Shown: positions 28,667 to 38,332, counted from the first letter of the stretch. The stretch: DNA of 64,000 bases from Bacteroidales bacterium (GCA_036655755.1 JAVVPN010000004.1:5143-69142); one strand, 5' to 3'. Notes: generated from the letters alone by a model not told the origin. Made by a program: numbers and translations.

Positions 28667-29815
28667 TTAGCGTTTGTCGTACATCTTTTTGTAGTAATTC
28701 TGATAATCGTCGCCGGTTACAGCTTCTACCCAATCCTGATTTTGCAAATACCATTCAATGGTTTTTACGATCCCTTCTTCAAAAGATGTTTCGGGGATCC
28801 ATCCTAGTTCCTGAGTAATATAGCTCGGATCGATGGCATAACGTTGGTCATGTCCTAAGCGGTCGGCTACGTATGTAATCAGTGAATTGTTGATCCACTC
28901 GGTGCTTATCTCGCCGTTCTCAAGCAGAACTTGTTTTTTCAAGGTCTTCCGGTAAGATGGTTTTTCATCCATCAGGCGCTTAATGGTGGCAATGGTAAGT
29001 TTGACGATTTCAATATTCTGCTTCTCGTTATGGCCGCCCACGTTATATACATGGCCCGATTTTCCTCTGCGGATCACCATGTCGATCGCTTTACAGTGAT
29101 CTGTTACATATAACCAGTCGCGGACGTTCGATCCGTCGCCATATACGGGCAGCGATTTTCCTTCGAGGATGTTGCGGATAATTAACGGAATCAGTTTCTC
29201 CGGGAAATGATAAGGGCCGTAATTATTCGAACAGCGGGTGATCGTGGTAGGCATCTTATATGTTTCGCCGTATGCCTGAACAAACATGTCGGCACTTGCT
29301 TTCGATGCGCTGTAAGGAGAGCGTGGATCTAAAGGAGTATCTTCTGTAAAGTATCCTTCCGAGCCAAGGCTACCATAAACTTCATCGGTCGAAACCTGAT
29401 GAAAACGGACACCTTGCTTCCAGATCGGATATCCTTTGTCATCTTTGCCACAAGTCCAGTGTTTACGGGCCGCGTCAAGAAGATTTTGGGTACCAAGAAT
29501 ATTTGTTTCAAGGAAAAGCTGCGGGTTTTCGATGCTTCGGTCTACGTGACTTTCGGCTGCGAAATTTACTACATAATGAATATTTGATTTTGTAAATAGA
29601 TCATTCAGCAGATCTTTGTCGCAGATATCGCCTTTTACAAAAATACACCGATGATTGTCAATGTCATCGGCTATCGTGCCAAGATATCCGGCATATGTAA
29701 GAGCATCTAAAACGATGATGCGGATATCATCGTAATTGCTCAGCATGTATTTAATAAAGTTAGCACCGATGAATCCGGCACCGCCGGTCACCAGGTAAGT
29801 GGTTTCGCTCATCAT
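28667..29815 (-). CDS. rfbB: dTDP-glucose 4,6-dehydratase
   Basis: The protein shows TGGAGFIGANF, the YSASKASAD catalytic motif, and a long form of 382 aa. Confidence 0.9.
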   Translation of the reverse strand: MMSETTYLVTGGAGFIGANFIKYMLSNYDDIRIIVLDALTYAGYLGTIADDIDNHRCIFVKGDICDKDLLNDLFTKSNIHYVVNFAAESHVDRSIENPQLFLETNILGTQNLLDAARKHWTCGKDDKGYPIWKQGVRFHQVSTDEVYGSLGSEGYFTEDTPLDPRSPYSASKASADMFVQAYGETYKMPTTITRCSNNYGPYHFPEKLIPLIIRNILEGKSLPVYGDGSNVRDWLYVTDHCKAIDMVIRRGKSGHVYNVGGHNEKQNIEIVKLTIATIKRLMDEKPSYRKTLKKQVLLENGEISTEWINNSLITYVADRLGHDQRYAIDPSYITQELGWIPETSFEEGIVKTIEWYLQNQDWVEAVTGDDYQNYYKKMYDKR

Positions 29816-29817
29816 AC

Positions 29818-30681
29818 TTATTTTGTAAGATCTATAATGTATTTTCCGTATTCTGTCTTGTCGAGACTTTTCCCCAACAAAAGTAGTTGATCCTTGCTAA
29901 TCCAACCGTTTCTCCAGGCTATTTCTTCGAGGCAGGCGATATAAAATCCCTGTCTGTTCTGAATCGTAGCTACGAAGTTAGATGCTTCAAGCAGGCTGTC
30001 GCAGTTGCCGGTGTCGAGCCAAGCGAATCCGCGCCCGAATAATTCAACTTTTAAAGATCCTTCTTCAAGATAAAGGCGGTTGAGATCGGTGATTTCCAGC
30101 TCTCCGCGTTTTGAAGGACGTATGCGATGTGCTTTTTCTACAACCGTGTTGTCGTAAAAATAGAGTCCCGGAATAGCGTAATTCGATTTTGGGTGTTCCG
30201 GTTTCTCTTCCAATCCGATTACGCGATTGTCTGCATCGAATTCAACTACGCCGTATGCACGTGGATCTTTTACATAATAACCGAAAATGCAGGCTCCTTT
30301 TTCAATCGAAGCGGCACGATGAAGCATTGCTGAGAATCCTTGGCCGTAAAACATATTATCGCCCAGAATCAGACATGCCGAATCGCCGTCGAGGAACTCT
30401 TCTCCCAATAAAAATGCTTCGGCAAGCCCGTTTGGGTTTTCCTGAATCTTATATTCAAATCTCATGCCCAAACGGCTACCGTCTTCCAGTAACTGGCGGA
30501 ACATGGGTAAATCGCGCGGTGTAGAGATAATGAGTATTTCGCGGATTCCCGCCAGCATTAATGTAGAGAGTGGATAATAAATCATCGGTTTGTCATAAAC
30601 CGGCATGATTTGCTTTGAAATTGCCTTTGAAAGCGGATAAAGGCGGGTAGCACTTCCCCCTGCCAGAATAATTCCTTTCAT
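29818..30681 (-). CDS. rfbA: Glucose-1-phosphate thymidylyltransferase
   Basis: The protein shows [18 protein letters not shown] and RGELEITD. Confidence 0.95.
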   Translation of the reverse strand: MKGIILAGGSATRLYPLSKAISKQIMPVYDKPMIYYPLSTLMLAGIREILIISTPRDLPMFRQLLEDGSRLGMRFEYKIQENPNGLAEAFLLGEEFLDGDSACLILGDNMFYGQGFSAMLHRAASIEKGACIFGYYVKDPRAYGVVEFDADNRVIGLEEKPEHPKSNYAIPGLYFYDNTVVEKAHRIRPSKRGELEITDLNRLYLEEGSLKVELFGRGFAWLDTGNCDSLLEASNFVATIQNRQGFYIACLEEIAWRNGWISKDQLLLLGKSLDKTEYGKYIIDLTK

Positions 30682-30740
30682 CTATTATTTATATTTTTAT
30701 TTTTTACACTAAAGTATAGATGCGCCATTTCTAAGCCTTC

Positions 30741-30774
30741 TGTAAGGTATCTCAACTTTCGGTAAGTTATAGCG
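30741..30774 (-). repeat. 34-bp conserved intergenic motif, copy B
   Basis: The plus strand reads TGTAAGGTATCTCAACTTTCGGTAAGTTATAGCG, 60 bp upstream of the rfbA start. The flanks also align with copy A: ACACTAAAGTATAGATGCGCCATTT matches ACATCAAGGTATAAATGCGCCATTT at 21 of 25 positions. Confidence 0.8.
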
Positions 30775-31165
30775 ATTTCATCTATCGAACTATCCTTTTT
30801 ATGGATAAAATTGTAGGTTTTGGGAGCGAATATAAGTTAAAAAGAGATAAACATTCATTCACAAAGCGTAAACAAAAATAATCATTATTTTTTCATTTAG
30901 GCTATCTTTTTTATATTGTTTAAGAGCGCAATAAAATAGCCGTTAAAAGTTTCGGAAAGAAATAATATTACTAATATTGCTTATAATTTGTAACTTAATT
31001 GAAGCGCCCATGCATAAAGCCTTTTTTAAGTGTAAATGCCTGGTTTAGAACATTATTTGTTTTAAATTGTTTTAATAATACAAGTTATATCTGTAAACAG
31101 CTTATTTCTTAGTTTTAGAGAACGTATATTTTTAATATCCATTTTAGTTTATTAGTATTAACACA

Positions 31166-33034
31166 ATGAGCAAAAAACTTCTAATCAGAGATCTGACTCT
31201 GCGGGATGGGCAACAATCTCTTTTTGCTACCCGTTTATCACAACAACAGATAGATCGGGTATTGCCGTTTTATAAAGATGCCCGATTCTATGCAATGGAA
31301 GTATGGGGTGGGGCGGTACCTGACTCTATTATGCGCTATCTGAACGAAAACCCATGGGATCGTTTACAGAAAATCAGTGAGAGTATAGGAAGTACTTCAC
31401 TTCTTACTGCATTATCACGAGGCAGAAATTTATTCGGATATGCTCCGTATCCGGATGAAGTGATCGACGGATTTTGTAAAAATGCGATTCAGTCGGGATT
31501 GAATGTTATGCGAATTTTCGATGCGCTCAATGATATTGAAAATGTAAAATCAACCATCATCTCCGTAAAAAGACATGGCGGAATTGCCGATTGTGCTGTC
31601 TGCTATACGGTGGATCCACACTTTAGTACAAAAGAACGTACGATGGCAATGCTGAAAGGGCATCCGCTTCCGAAAGCAGTTTTCACGGATGATTATTTTA
31701 TCCGAAAAGTAAAACAGTTAGAGCAATTGGGCGCCGACATGATCTCTTTGAAAGATATGGCCGGATTAGTAACTCCGTCAAGAGCCGGGAAGCTGATACG
31801 GGCGATGAAAGAGAATACGCGCATACCGATTGATTTCCATACTCATTGTACACCGGGATACGGTCTCGCCTCTGTTTTTATGGCGATTATTAATGGTGCT
31901 GACATTGTGGATACCAATATATGGTACTTCTCCGGCGGCCCGGCTGCTCCGGCGATCGAACTTGTAGACCTGTTCTGCAAAAAAGCGGGGATAGAGATGG
32001 ATGTGAATATGGAATCGGTTCGGAAGATCAACGAGCATCTGTATGAGATCCGTAAAGAGTTGGCCCCTTTCGATGCCGTACCTAAAATGCAAAAGCCTTT
32101 TGATTATGATCAGGTACCTCCTGAGATAGATCGACTGATGGCAGAGGCCGTAGATGCCGCTCGTAAGGATAAGGAAAATGAGTTGCTTGCCATTTGCCGT
32201 AAAATAGAAGACTTCTATGGTTTCCCTCAGCCAAATGAAATTGTGCGTAATGCTGAAATTCCGGGTGGAATGTATTCGAATATGCTGGCGCAATTAAAAG
32301 CCGTAAATTCAGAAAATATTCTTGACGAAGCCATGAAGCTTATTCCTAAAGTGCGTTTGGATGCCGGTCTGCCTCCATTGGTTACTCCGACAAGCCAAAT
32401 TGTAGGAGCTCAGGCGGTTTCGTGTGCCTTAAGCTTGCATAAAGAAAAAGATATGTATTCGGTTGTTTCCAAAAACTTCGAAGATTTGGTGAAAGGGCAA
32501 TACGGACAGACTCCGGTAGCGATCAATCCGGCCTTCCGTAAACTGATTACCGGCAATGAAAAGGAGATTCCGTATGATATGGCTAACTATAAGCCTCAGC
32601 CTAATCCTAAACTGGAAGCCTACGGTGATGCTTTACTAGCACAGGATGAAGAGGAATTATTACTGCTTGAATTGTTTCCGAATGTAGCGAAGGATTTTTT
32701 GACAGGGCTTCGTAAAAAACAATATGAAGAAACCCGTCAGAAAGAGGAGCAGGAAAGCAAAAAAAATGATCCGGCACCCGCTGCTTCGTCACAACCTGCC
32801 CATATGCCTTTTATCGGCGAAACAATAACTTCGCCACTTCCAGGAAAGGTGTTGCACGTAAAGGTGAAACCGGGCGATATGGTAAAAGCGGGCGATACGT
32901 TGCTTGTGCTCGAAGCCATGAAAATGGAAAATGATATCAGAAGTTTATATGGTGGTAAAATACGTCAGGTTTTGGTGAAACCTGAGGAATATGTGCCGGG
33001 CGATGGTGTGTTGGTCGAAATGGAACCGGCTTAA
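31166..33034 (+). CDS. Biotin-dependent carboxyltransferase (5S/OadA/PycB-like) with C-terminal biotinyl carrier domain
   Basis: The N-terminus has LTLRDGQQSL, indicating an HMGL-like TIM barrel. The C-terminus has the biotinylation motif LEAMKMEN. Confidence 0.8.
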   Translation: MSKKLLIRDLTLRDGQQSLFATRLSQQQIDRVLPFYKDARFYAMEVWGGAVPDSIMRYLNENPWDRLQKISESIGSTSLLTALSRGRNLFGYAPYPDEVIDGFCKNAIQSGLNVMRIFDALNDIENVKSTIISVKRHGGIADCAVCYTVDPHFSTKERTMAMLKGHPLPKAVFTDDYFIRKVKQLEQLGADMISLKDMAGLVTPSRAGKLIRAMKENTRIPIDFHTHCTPGYGLASVFMAIINGADIVDTNIWYFSGGPAAPAIELVDLFCKKAGIEMDVNMESVRKINEHLYEIRKELAPFDAVPKMQKPFDYDQVPPEIDRLMAEAVDAARKDKENELLAICRKIEDFYGFPQPNEIVRNAEIPGGMYSNMLAQLKAVNSENILDEAMKLIPKVRLDAGLPPLVTPTSQIVGAQAVSCALSLHKEKDMYSVVSKNFEDLVKGQYGQTPVAINPAFRKLITGNEKEIPYDMANYKPQPNPKLEAYGDALLAQDEEELLLLELFPNVAKDFLTGLRKKQYEETRQKEEQESKKNDPAPAASSQPAHMPFIGETITSPLPGKVLHVKVKPGDMVKAGDTLLVLEAMKMENDIRSLYGGKIRQVLVKPEEYVPGDGVLVEMEPA

Positions 33035-33060
33035 TTAGAGAATTCAACTTTCTTAGAACA

Positions 33061-33096
33061 AAAGCGGCGGAGTTTTAAATAACTCCGCCGTTCTTA
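33061..33096. terminator. Bidirectional terminator
   Basis: GCGGCGGAGTT-TTAAATA-AACTCCGCCG sits between the convergent oadA-like gene and the small basic ORF. Confidence 0.7.
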
Positions 33097-33103
33097 TGTG
33101 TTG

Positions 33104-33307
33104 TCAGGCAGAACGCTTGTTTCTGGCTGCTTTTTTCTTTTTGTAAGCTGCTTTCATCTTAGCTGCACCCGATCCATGGGTACCTTTTACATAAGATGAT
33201 TTCTTCGCTTTGGTCTTTACTCGCTTTTCATCTGAGGGGGCATCACCCTTACCTTTCTTAAAGGTAATCCCTCCTTCCGCAATAATTTTGTGGATATCCA
33301 TAATCAA
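33104..33307 (-). CDS. Hypothetical small lysine-rich basic protein (65-67 aa)
   Basis: The sequence is MIMDIHKIIAEGGITFKKGKGD...KMKAAYKKKKAARNKRSA. It is followed by a terminator and lies 63 nt downstream of gdhA on the same strand. I recognise no family. Confidence 0.4.
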   Translation of the reverse strand: MIMDIHKIIAEGGITFKKGKGDAPSDEKRVKTKAKKSSYVKGTHGSGAAKMKAAYKKKKAARNKRSA

Positions 33308-33370
33308 TAATATTTACCACAAAAGTAATGCATTCCGGAGGAATTAAGAAATTAAGTAGGAGAGATGTTA

Positions 33371-34705
33371 TCAGATTACACCCTGATCCATCATCGCTTT
33401 GGCTACTTTCATAAAGCCGGCGATGTTTGCACCCTTCATATAATTGATATATCCGTCTTTTTCTTTTCCGTATTGCATGCACTGAGCATGGATATCATTC
33501 ATAATCTGATGAAGCTTTTGGTCAACTTCAGCCTCACTCCAGTTCAGGTGCATCGCATTTTGCGTCATTTCCAATCCGGATGTTGCAACCCCTCCTGCAT
33601 TTACCGCTTTACCCGGACCATAAATAATCCGATTATGGATAAGCGCATCAATTGCTTCGGGAGTACAACCCATATTTGAAACCTCGCCTACACAGATTAC
33701 GCCGTTCTCAATAAGTCGTTTTGCATCTTTCTCGTCCAATTCATTTTGGGTGGCACAAGGCAATGCGATGTCGACCTTTTGCTCCCAAGGACGACGTCCA
33801 GGGAAGAATTCAACCCCATATTTATGTGCGTATGGTTCTACGATATCTTCGCCGGATGCGCGAAGTTCCAGCATAAAGTCGATTTTTTCACCACTGATAC
33901 CTTCCGGATCATAGATATAACCATCCGGGCCGGAAATAGTGACTACTTTCGCACCCAATTCGGTTGCTTTTGTAACCGCACCCCATGCTACGTTGCCGAA
34001 TCCTGATATCGCTACGGTTTTACCTTTCAGGTCGATTCCTTTTGTGCCCAACATATCTGCTACAAAGTAGAGCGCTCCGAATCCGGTAGCTTCAGGGCGA
34101 ATGCGGGAACCGCCGAATTCTAATCCTTTTCCGGTAAAAGTACCTGTGTTTTCGCGCGCTAGTTTTTTATACATTCCATACATATAGCCTACTTCACGGC
34201 CACCTACGCCGATATCCCCTGCCGGAACATCGCGGTCGGGACCGAGGTTGCGCCATAATTCAAGCATGAATGCCTGGCAGAAACGCATGATTTCGCCATC
34301 CGATTTTCCGCGTGGATTAAAATCGGATCCTCCTTTGCCACCACCCATCGGTAATGTGGTAAGGGCATTTTTGAAGGTCTGTTCAAATCCGAGGAATTTA
34401 AGGATAGATAGATTTACGGAAGCGTGGAAACGGATGCCTCCTTTATATGGGCCAATGGCATTGTTAAACTGAACGCGATATCCAAGATTGGTTTGCACCA
34501 TTCCTTTATCGTCTGTCCATGTAACACGGAATGTGAAGATCCGATCCGGTTCGACCAACCGTTCGATAATTCGAGCTCGTTCAAATTCCGGATGCTCATT
34601 ATAAATGTCTTCAATTGAAATTAGAACCTCTTTCACTGCCTGCAGATACTCTGATTCTCCCGGGTGTTTAGCTTCGAGTGAAGCTATGATTTGTTCAATA
34701 TTCAT
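33371..34705 (-). CDS. gdhA: NAD(P)-specific glutamate dehydrogenase
   Basis: The ORF track gives 33371..34738, and MNIEQIIASLEAKHPGESEY at 34705 is the likely start. The protein shows GGGKGGSDFNPRGKS and the Rossmann loop SGFGNVAWG. Confidence 0.9.
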   Translation of the reverse strand: MNIEQIIASLEAKHPGESEYLQAVKEVLISIEDIYNEHPEFERARIIERLVEPDRIFTFRVTWTDDKGMVQTNLGYRVQFNNAIGPYKGGIRFHASVNLSILKFLGFEQTFKNALTTLPMGGGKGGSDFNPRGKSDGEIMRFCQAFMLELWRNLGPDRDVPAGDIGVGGREVGYMYGMYKKLARENTGTFTGKGLEFGGSRIRPEATGFGALYFVADMLGTKGIDLKGKTVAISGFGNVAWGAVTKATELGAKVVTISGPDGYIYDPEGISGEKIDFMLELRASGEDIVEPYAHKYGVEFFPGRRPWEQKVDIALPCATQNELDEKDAKRLIENGVICVGEVSNMGCTPEAIDALIHNRIIYGPGKAVNAGGVATSGLEMTQNAMHLNWSEAEVDQKLHQIMNDIHAQCMQYGKEKDGYINYMKGANIAGFMKVAKAMMDQGVI

Positions 34706-34735
34706 AACATTGTTTTTTTGTAAATGTGTATATTG

Positions 34736-34743
34736 CAAAATTA
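34736..34743 (-). promoter_or_regulatory. -7 box TAATTTTG upstream of gdhA
   Basis: This is an exact TAnnTTTG match on the minus strand, 30 nt upstream of the ATG at 34705. Confidence 0.45.
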
Positions 34744-34826
34744 AAACTTTAAAACAAATGGCCTCATTTTTCTACATATTTTTTTTAAAATAAAAATTGG
34801 CAATTTGTTAGTAAAAACCTATCTGT

Positions 34827-37781
34827 ATGTCTAAAAATAATCCGTTGTTTACGCATTTGTATTTCAAGGATACCTCTTTTGCTAACTTAATGCAATCACG
34901 TATTTATAATGTGTTGCTAATTGCAAGCAAATACGATGCTTTTATGCTTGAAGATGACGGACGTGTGGACGAGCGTATTTTCTTCGAGTATGTACAACTC
35001 AACTTGCGTTATCCACCTCGCTTTACGCAGGTGACCAACGAAAAGGAAGCGTTCGAAGAATTAGCATCCAAACGTTATGATCTTATCATTGCGATGCCTA
35101 CCAGCGAAAATCATGAAATTTTCGATATGGCGCGAAAAGTGAAAGCTCAGGATCCCCAAATTCCGATTGTGGTGCTGACTCCTTTTTCACGCAAAATCTA
35201 TGAGAAAATAGGGAATGAAGATCTCAGTTGCATTGATTATATTTTCAGTTGGCTGGGTAATACAGACCTATTGTTAGCAATCATTAAATTGATAGAAGAT
35301 AAAATGAATGTAGAGCAGGATGTAGAATCAGTCGGGGTGCAGATTATCCTGCTGGTTGAAGATTCCATCCGCTTTTATTCTTCGATTTTGCCACATCTCT
35401 ATAAATTCGTACTGAAGCAGTCGCAAATTTTTGCTACCGAGGCTTTAAATGAGCATCAGCGAATGTTGCGGATGCGTGGACGACCTAAAATCTTATTGGC
35501 TCGTAACTACGAAGAAGCCACCCGTATTTATGAGAAATATAAAAATAATATGCTCGGCATCATATCGGATGTCAGCTTCCGTCAAAACGACGAAATGAAC
35601 CGGCGTGCGGGAATCGAATTTTGTCAGCAGGTGCGGCAATATGATGAGTTTTTGCCTATAATCATGCAATCTACGGAAGTCGAAAACAGTAAGGATGCTA
35701 CTTTGCTCAATGCTTGTTTTCTGGATAAGCAATCGCGTAAGCTGCCGGTAGACTTGCGCAACACGATTTTGCGTAATTTCGGATTTGGCGCATTTGTATT
35801 TATTCAGCCCGAAACGGGGCAGGAGATAGCTTCCGTTCATAATCTGAAAGAGTTGCAGGATATTATTTTCTCCATACCCGATTCGTCACTTTATTACCAT
35901 GGTACCCGAAATCATATTTCACGCTGGCTTTACTCTCGCGCCATGTTTCCGTTGGCCGAATTCCTGCGTCAGCGGCAGTTTGGCGATATTACTCATGCCA
36001 ATGAGGTGCGCCAACTGATTTTCGATGCCATTGTGCAATACCGTAAAATGAAAAACAGGGGAGTGGTAGCCGAGTTTCGGCGCGGCCAATTCGACCGTTA
36101 TTCTAATTTTGCCCGTATTGGCGAAGGTTCTTTGGGAGGAAAAGGGCGTGGTTTGGCTTTTATCGATTCTCTTATTAAACATAATCCGTTGCTTGAGCGC
36201 TATGATGGCGCCTCCGTCACCATTCCGAAGACACTGGTGCTGTGTACCGATATGTTTGACGATTTTATGGATACCAACAACCTTTATCAGGTAGGGTTGT
36301 CTGATTTGCCGGATGAGGAGATACTGCGTTATTTTCTGAAAGGAAAATTAAAGCGTGATCTGATCCCCGATTTTCTGGCATTTTTCGAAGTTGTAAAGGC
36401 TCCTATTGCAATCCGCTCTTCAAGTTTGCTCGAAGACTCGCATTATCAACCATTTGCCGGTGTATATTCTACCTATATGATTCCGTATCTGGAAGATAAA
36501 TATGAAATGTTACGCCTGGTAAGCGATGCAATCAAGGCTGTATACGCATCCGTATTTTATAAAGGCAGTAAAGCGTATATGGCTGCAACCAGCAATGTGA
36601 TCGATCAGGAAAAGATGGCCATCATTTTGCAGGAAGTAGTAGGTACCCAGTATGAAGAACGCTATTATCCTTCCTTCTCGGGTGTTGCCCGATCGCTTAA
36701 TTATTATCCGATCAATAACGAAAAGCCGGAAGAAGGAATCGCCAACATCGCTATTGGATTGGGTAAATATATTGTAGACGGAGGGGTGACGCTTCGTTTT
36801 TCGCCGGCATGGCCATCCAATGTTTTGCAAACAAGCACGCTCGATTTGGCCTTGCGCGATACCCAAAATAAGTTTTATGCACTCGATATGAAATCGCTCG
36901 CAGAGGATATCTCGGTAGATGATGGGGCTAACTTACTACGTCTTTCTATTCGCGATGCCGAAAAGGATGATTCGATCCGCATGATGGTATCTACATACGA
37001 CCCGTACGATATGATGATTCGCGACGGATATTACGATCGGGGACGTAAAGTGGTGACATTCTCTCATATTCTGCGCGGAAGTCAGTTTCCTTTGCCCGCC
37101 ATGTTGAAGGATATACTCCGGCTGGGAGCTCAGGAAATGGGACGTCCGATTGAAATTGAATTTGCAGTAAATCTGAATGATAAAAGCGGCGAAGGTGTTT
37201 TGTATTGGTTGCAGATCCGCCCGATCGTGGACACCAAAGAGATGCAGGACGACGATATAACCCATGTACAACCTGAAGAGACTCTTATCTATTCGTCACA
37301 GGCGCTGGGCCATGGGTTGATTCAGGAGGTAAGACATGTGGTATATGTAAAAACAGAAGGGTTCACATCGTCAAAAAATCCGGCGATAGCCCGCGAGATA
37401 GAAGACATCAATGATTTGTTTATTGATTCGAAAGAAAATTATGTGTTGATGGGACCCGGACGCTGGGGCTCGGAAGATCAGTTCCTCGGGATCCCGGTAA
37501 AATGGCCTCATATTTCACAGGCGCGCTTAATCGTAGAAACGGCACTGTCCCACTACCGGGTGGAGCCGAGCCAGGGAACCCATTTCTTCCAGAATATGAC
37601 CTCTTTCGGGGTTGGCTATTTTACAATGAGCCTGAAAGAGGGATACATAAATCAAGAGCAGCTTGATCAGATGCCTGCCGTATTCGAGTCGAAAAACGTA
37701 CGGGTGGTAAAATTCGATCAACCGCTCGAAATCAAAATCAACGGTACCAAAAGCATCGGTATCGTCAAAGTAAATGATTAA
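34827..37781 (+). CDS. Response-regulator-like protein (two receiver-type domains) fused to a PPDK_N-type PEP/pyruvate-binding ATP-grasp domain
   Basis: The 984-aa protein has a second receiver-type domain with ILLVEDS...GIISDVSF...IIMQST. The ATP-grasp region shows GGKGRGLAF and IAIRSSSLLEDS. No TSH-type phosphohistidine swivel motif is visible. Confidence 0.7.
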   Translation: MSKNNPLFTHLYFKDTSFANLMQSRIYNVLLIASKYDAFMLEDDGRVDERIFFEYVQLNLRYPPRFTQVTNEKEAFEELASKRYDLIIAMPTSENHEIFDMARKVKAQDPQIPIVVLTPFSRKIYEKIGNEDLSCIDYIFSWLGNTDLLLAIIKLIEDKMNVEQDVESVGVQIILLVEDSIRFYSSILPHLYKFVLKQSQIFATEALNEHQRMLRMRGRPKILLARNYEEATRIYEKYKNNMLGIISDVSFRQNDEMNRRAGIEFCQQVRQYDEFLPIIMQSTEVENSKDATLLNACFLDKQSRKLPVDLRNTILRNFGFGAFVFIQPETGQEIASVHNLKELQDIIFSIPDSSLYYHGTRNHISRWLYSRAMFPLAEFLRQRQFGDITHANEVRQLIFDAIVQYRKMKNRGVVAEFRRGQFDRYSNFARIGEGSLGGKGRGLAFIDSLIKHNPLLERYDGASVTIPKTLVLCTDMFDDFMDTNNLYQVGLSDLPDEEILRYFLKGKLKRDLIPDFLAFFEVVKAPIAIRSSSLLEDSHYQPFAGVYSTYMIPYLEDKYEMLRLVSDAIKAVYASVFYKGSKAYMAATSNVIDQEKMAIILQEVVGTQYEERYYPSFSGVARSLNYYPINNEKPEEGIANIAIGLGKYIVDGGVTLRFSPAWPSNVLQTSTLDLALRDTQNKFYALDMKSLAEDISVDDGANLLRLSIRDAEKDDSIRMMVSTYDPYDMMIRDGYYDRGRKVVTFSHILRGSQFPLPAMLKDILRLGAQEMGRPIEIEFAVNLNDKSGEGVLYWLQIRPIVDTKEMQDDDITHVQPEETLIYSSQALGHGLIQEVRHVVYVKTEGFTSSKNPAIAREIEDINDLFIDSKENYVLMGPGRWGSEDQFLGIPVKWPHISQARLIVETALSHYRVEPSQGTHFFQNMTSFGVGYFTMSLKEGYINQEQLDQMPAVFESKNVRVVKFDQPLEIKINGTKSIGIVKVND

Positions 37782-38329
37782 TCAGTATAACCGTTCATCA
37801 TCGCGTAGAATGTAAGACCGCTCACGGTTTTAATCCCCAGTTTGGAGGTGATGTTTTTGCGATGCGTCAGTACGGTGTTGAGGCTGATACAAAGTTCGTC
37901 AGCAATTTCTTTATTAATCAGGCCGCGGGTAATGAGTTTTAAAACCTCTATTTCGCGGCTTGATAATTCTTCTTGAGTCTCTTTTTTTGCCGACTTCATT
38001 ATCTTTTCGAATATTTCCTGCAACGCATCAATCAGATTACTCAGATCGGCATGCAGGGCAAGCGTCATGAATCCGTTGCCCGCGTCTGCATGATCGGTCA
38101 GGATGACGGTTTTATTCCGTCGGGGCAGAAAGTAATCATAATTCAGCAATACCGGTTCGGGTGTGATGAAATAGAGGTCGAAACTGTCTGACGGCTGATG
38201 AATGAAGGGTTCTACCGAATGAAACACCCGGCAGTTCCCCTGACTGAAATATTCGGCTAAAAGTTGTTTTAATCCGTATCCGCACAAAGCGCATGAAGTA
38301 ACTATTGCAATCTTTTTTTCCGCGACCAT
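37778..38329 (-). CDS. LuxR-family transcriptional regulator with degenerate (pseudo-)receiver domain
   Basis: The C-terminal HTH reads LSSREIEVLKLITRGLINKEIADELCISLNTVLTHRKNI. The N-terminal receiver-like fold has IAIVTSC in place of the acidic pair. It has FDLYFITPE where the phospho-Asp is expected. Confidence 0.75.
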   Translation of the reverse strand: MVAEKKIAIVTSCALCGYGLKQLLAEYFSQGNCRVFHSVEPFIHQPSDSFDLYFITPEPVLLNYDYFLPRRNKTVILTDHADAGNGFMTLALHADLSNLIDALQEIFEKIMKSAKKETQEELSSREIEVLKLITRGLINKEIADELCISLNTVLTHRKNITSKLGIKTVSGLTFYAMMNGYTD

Positions 38330-38332
38330 GAA

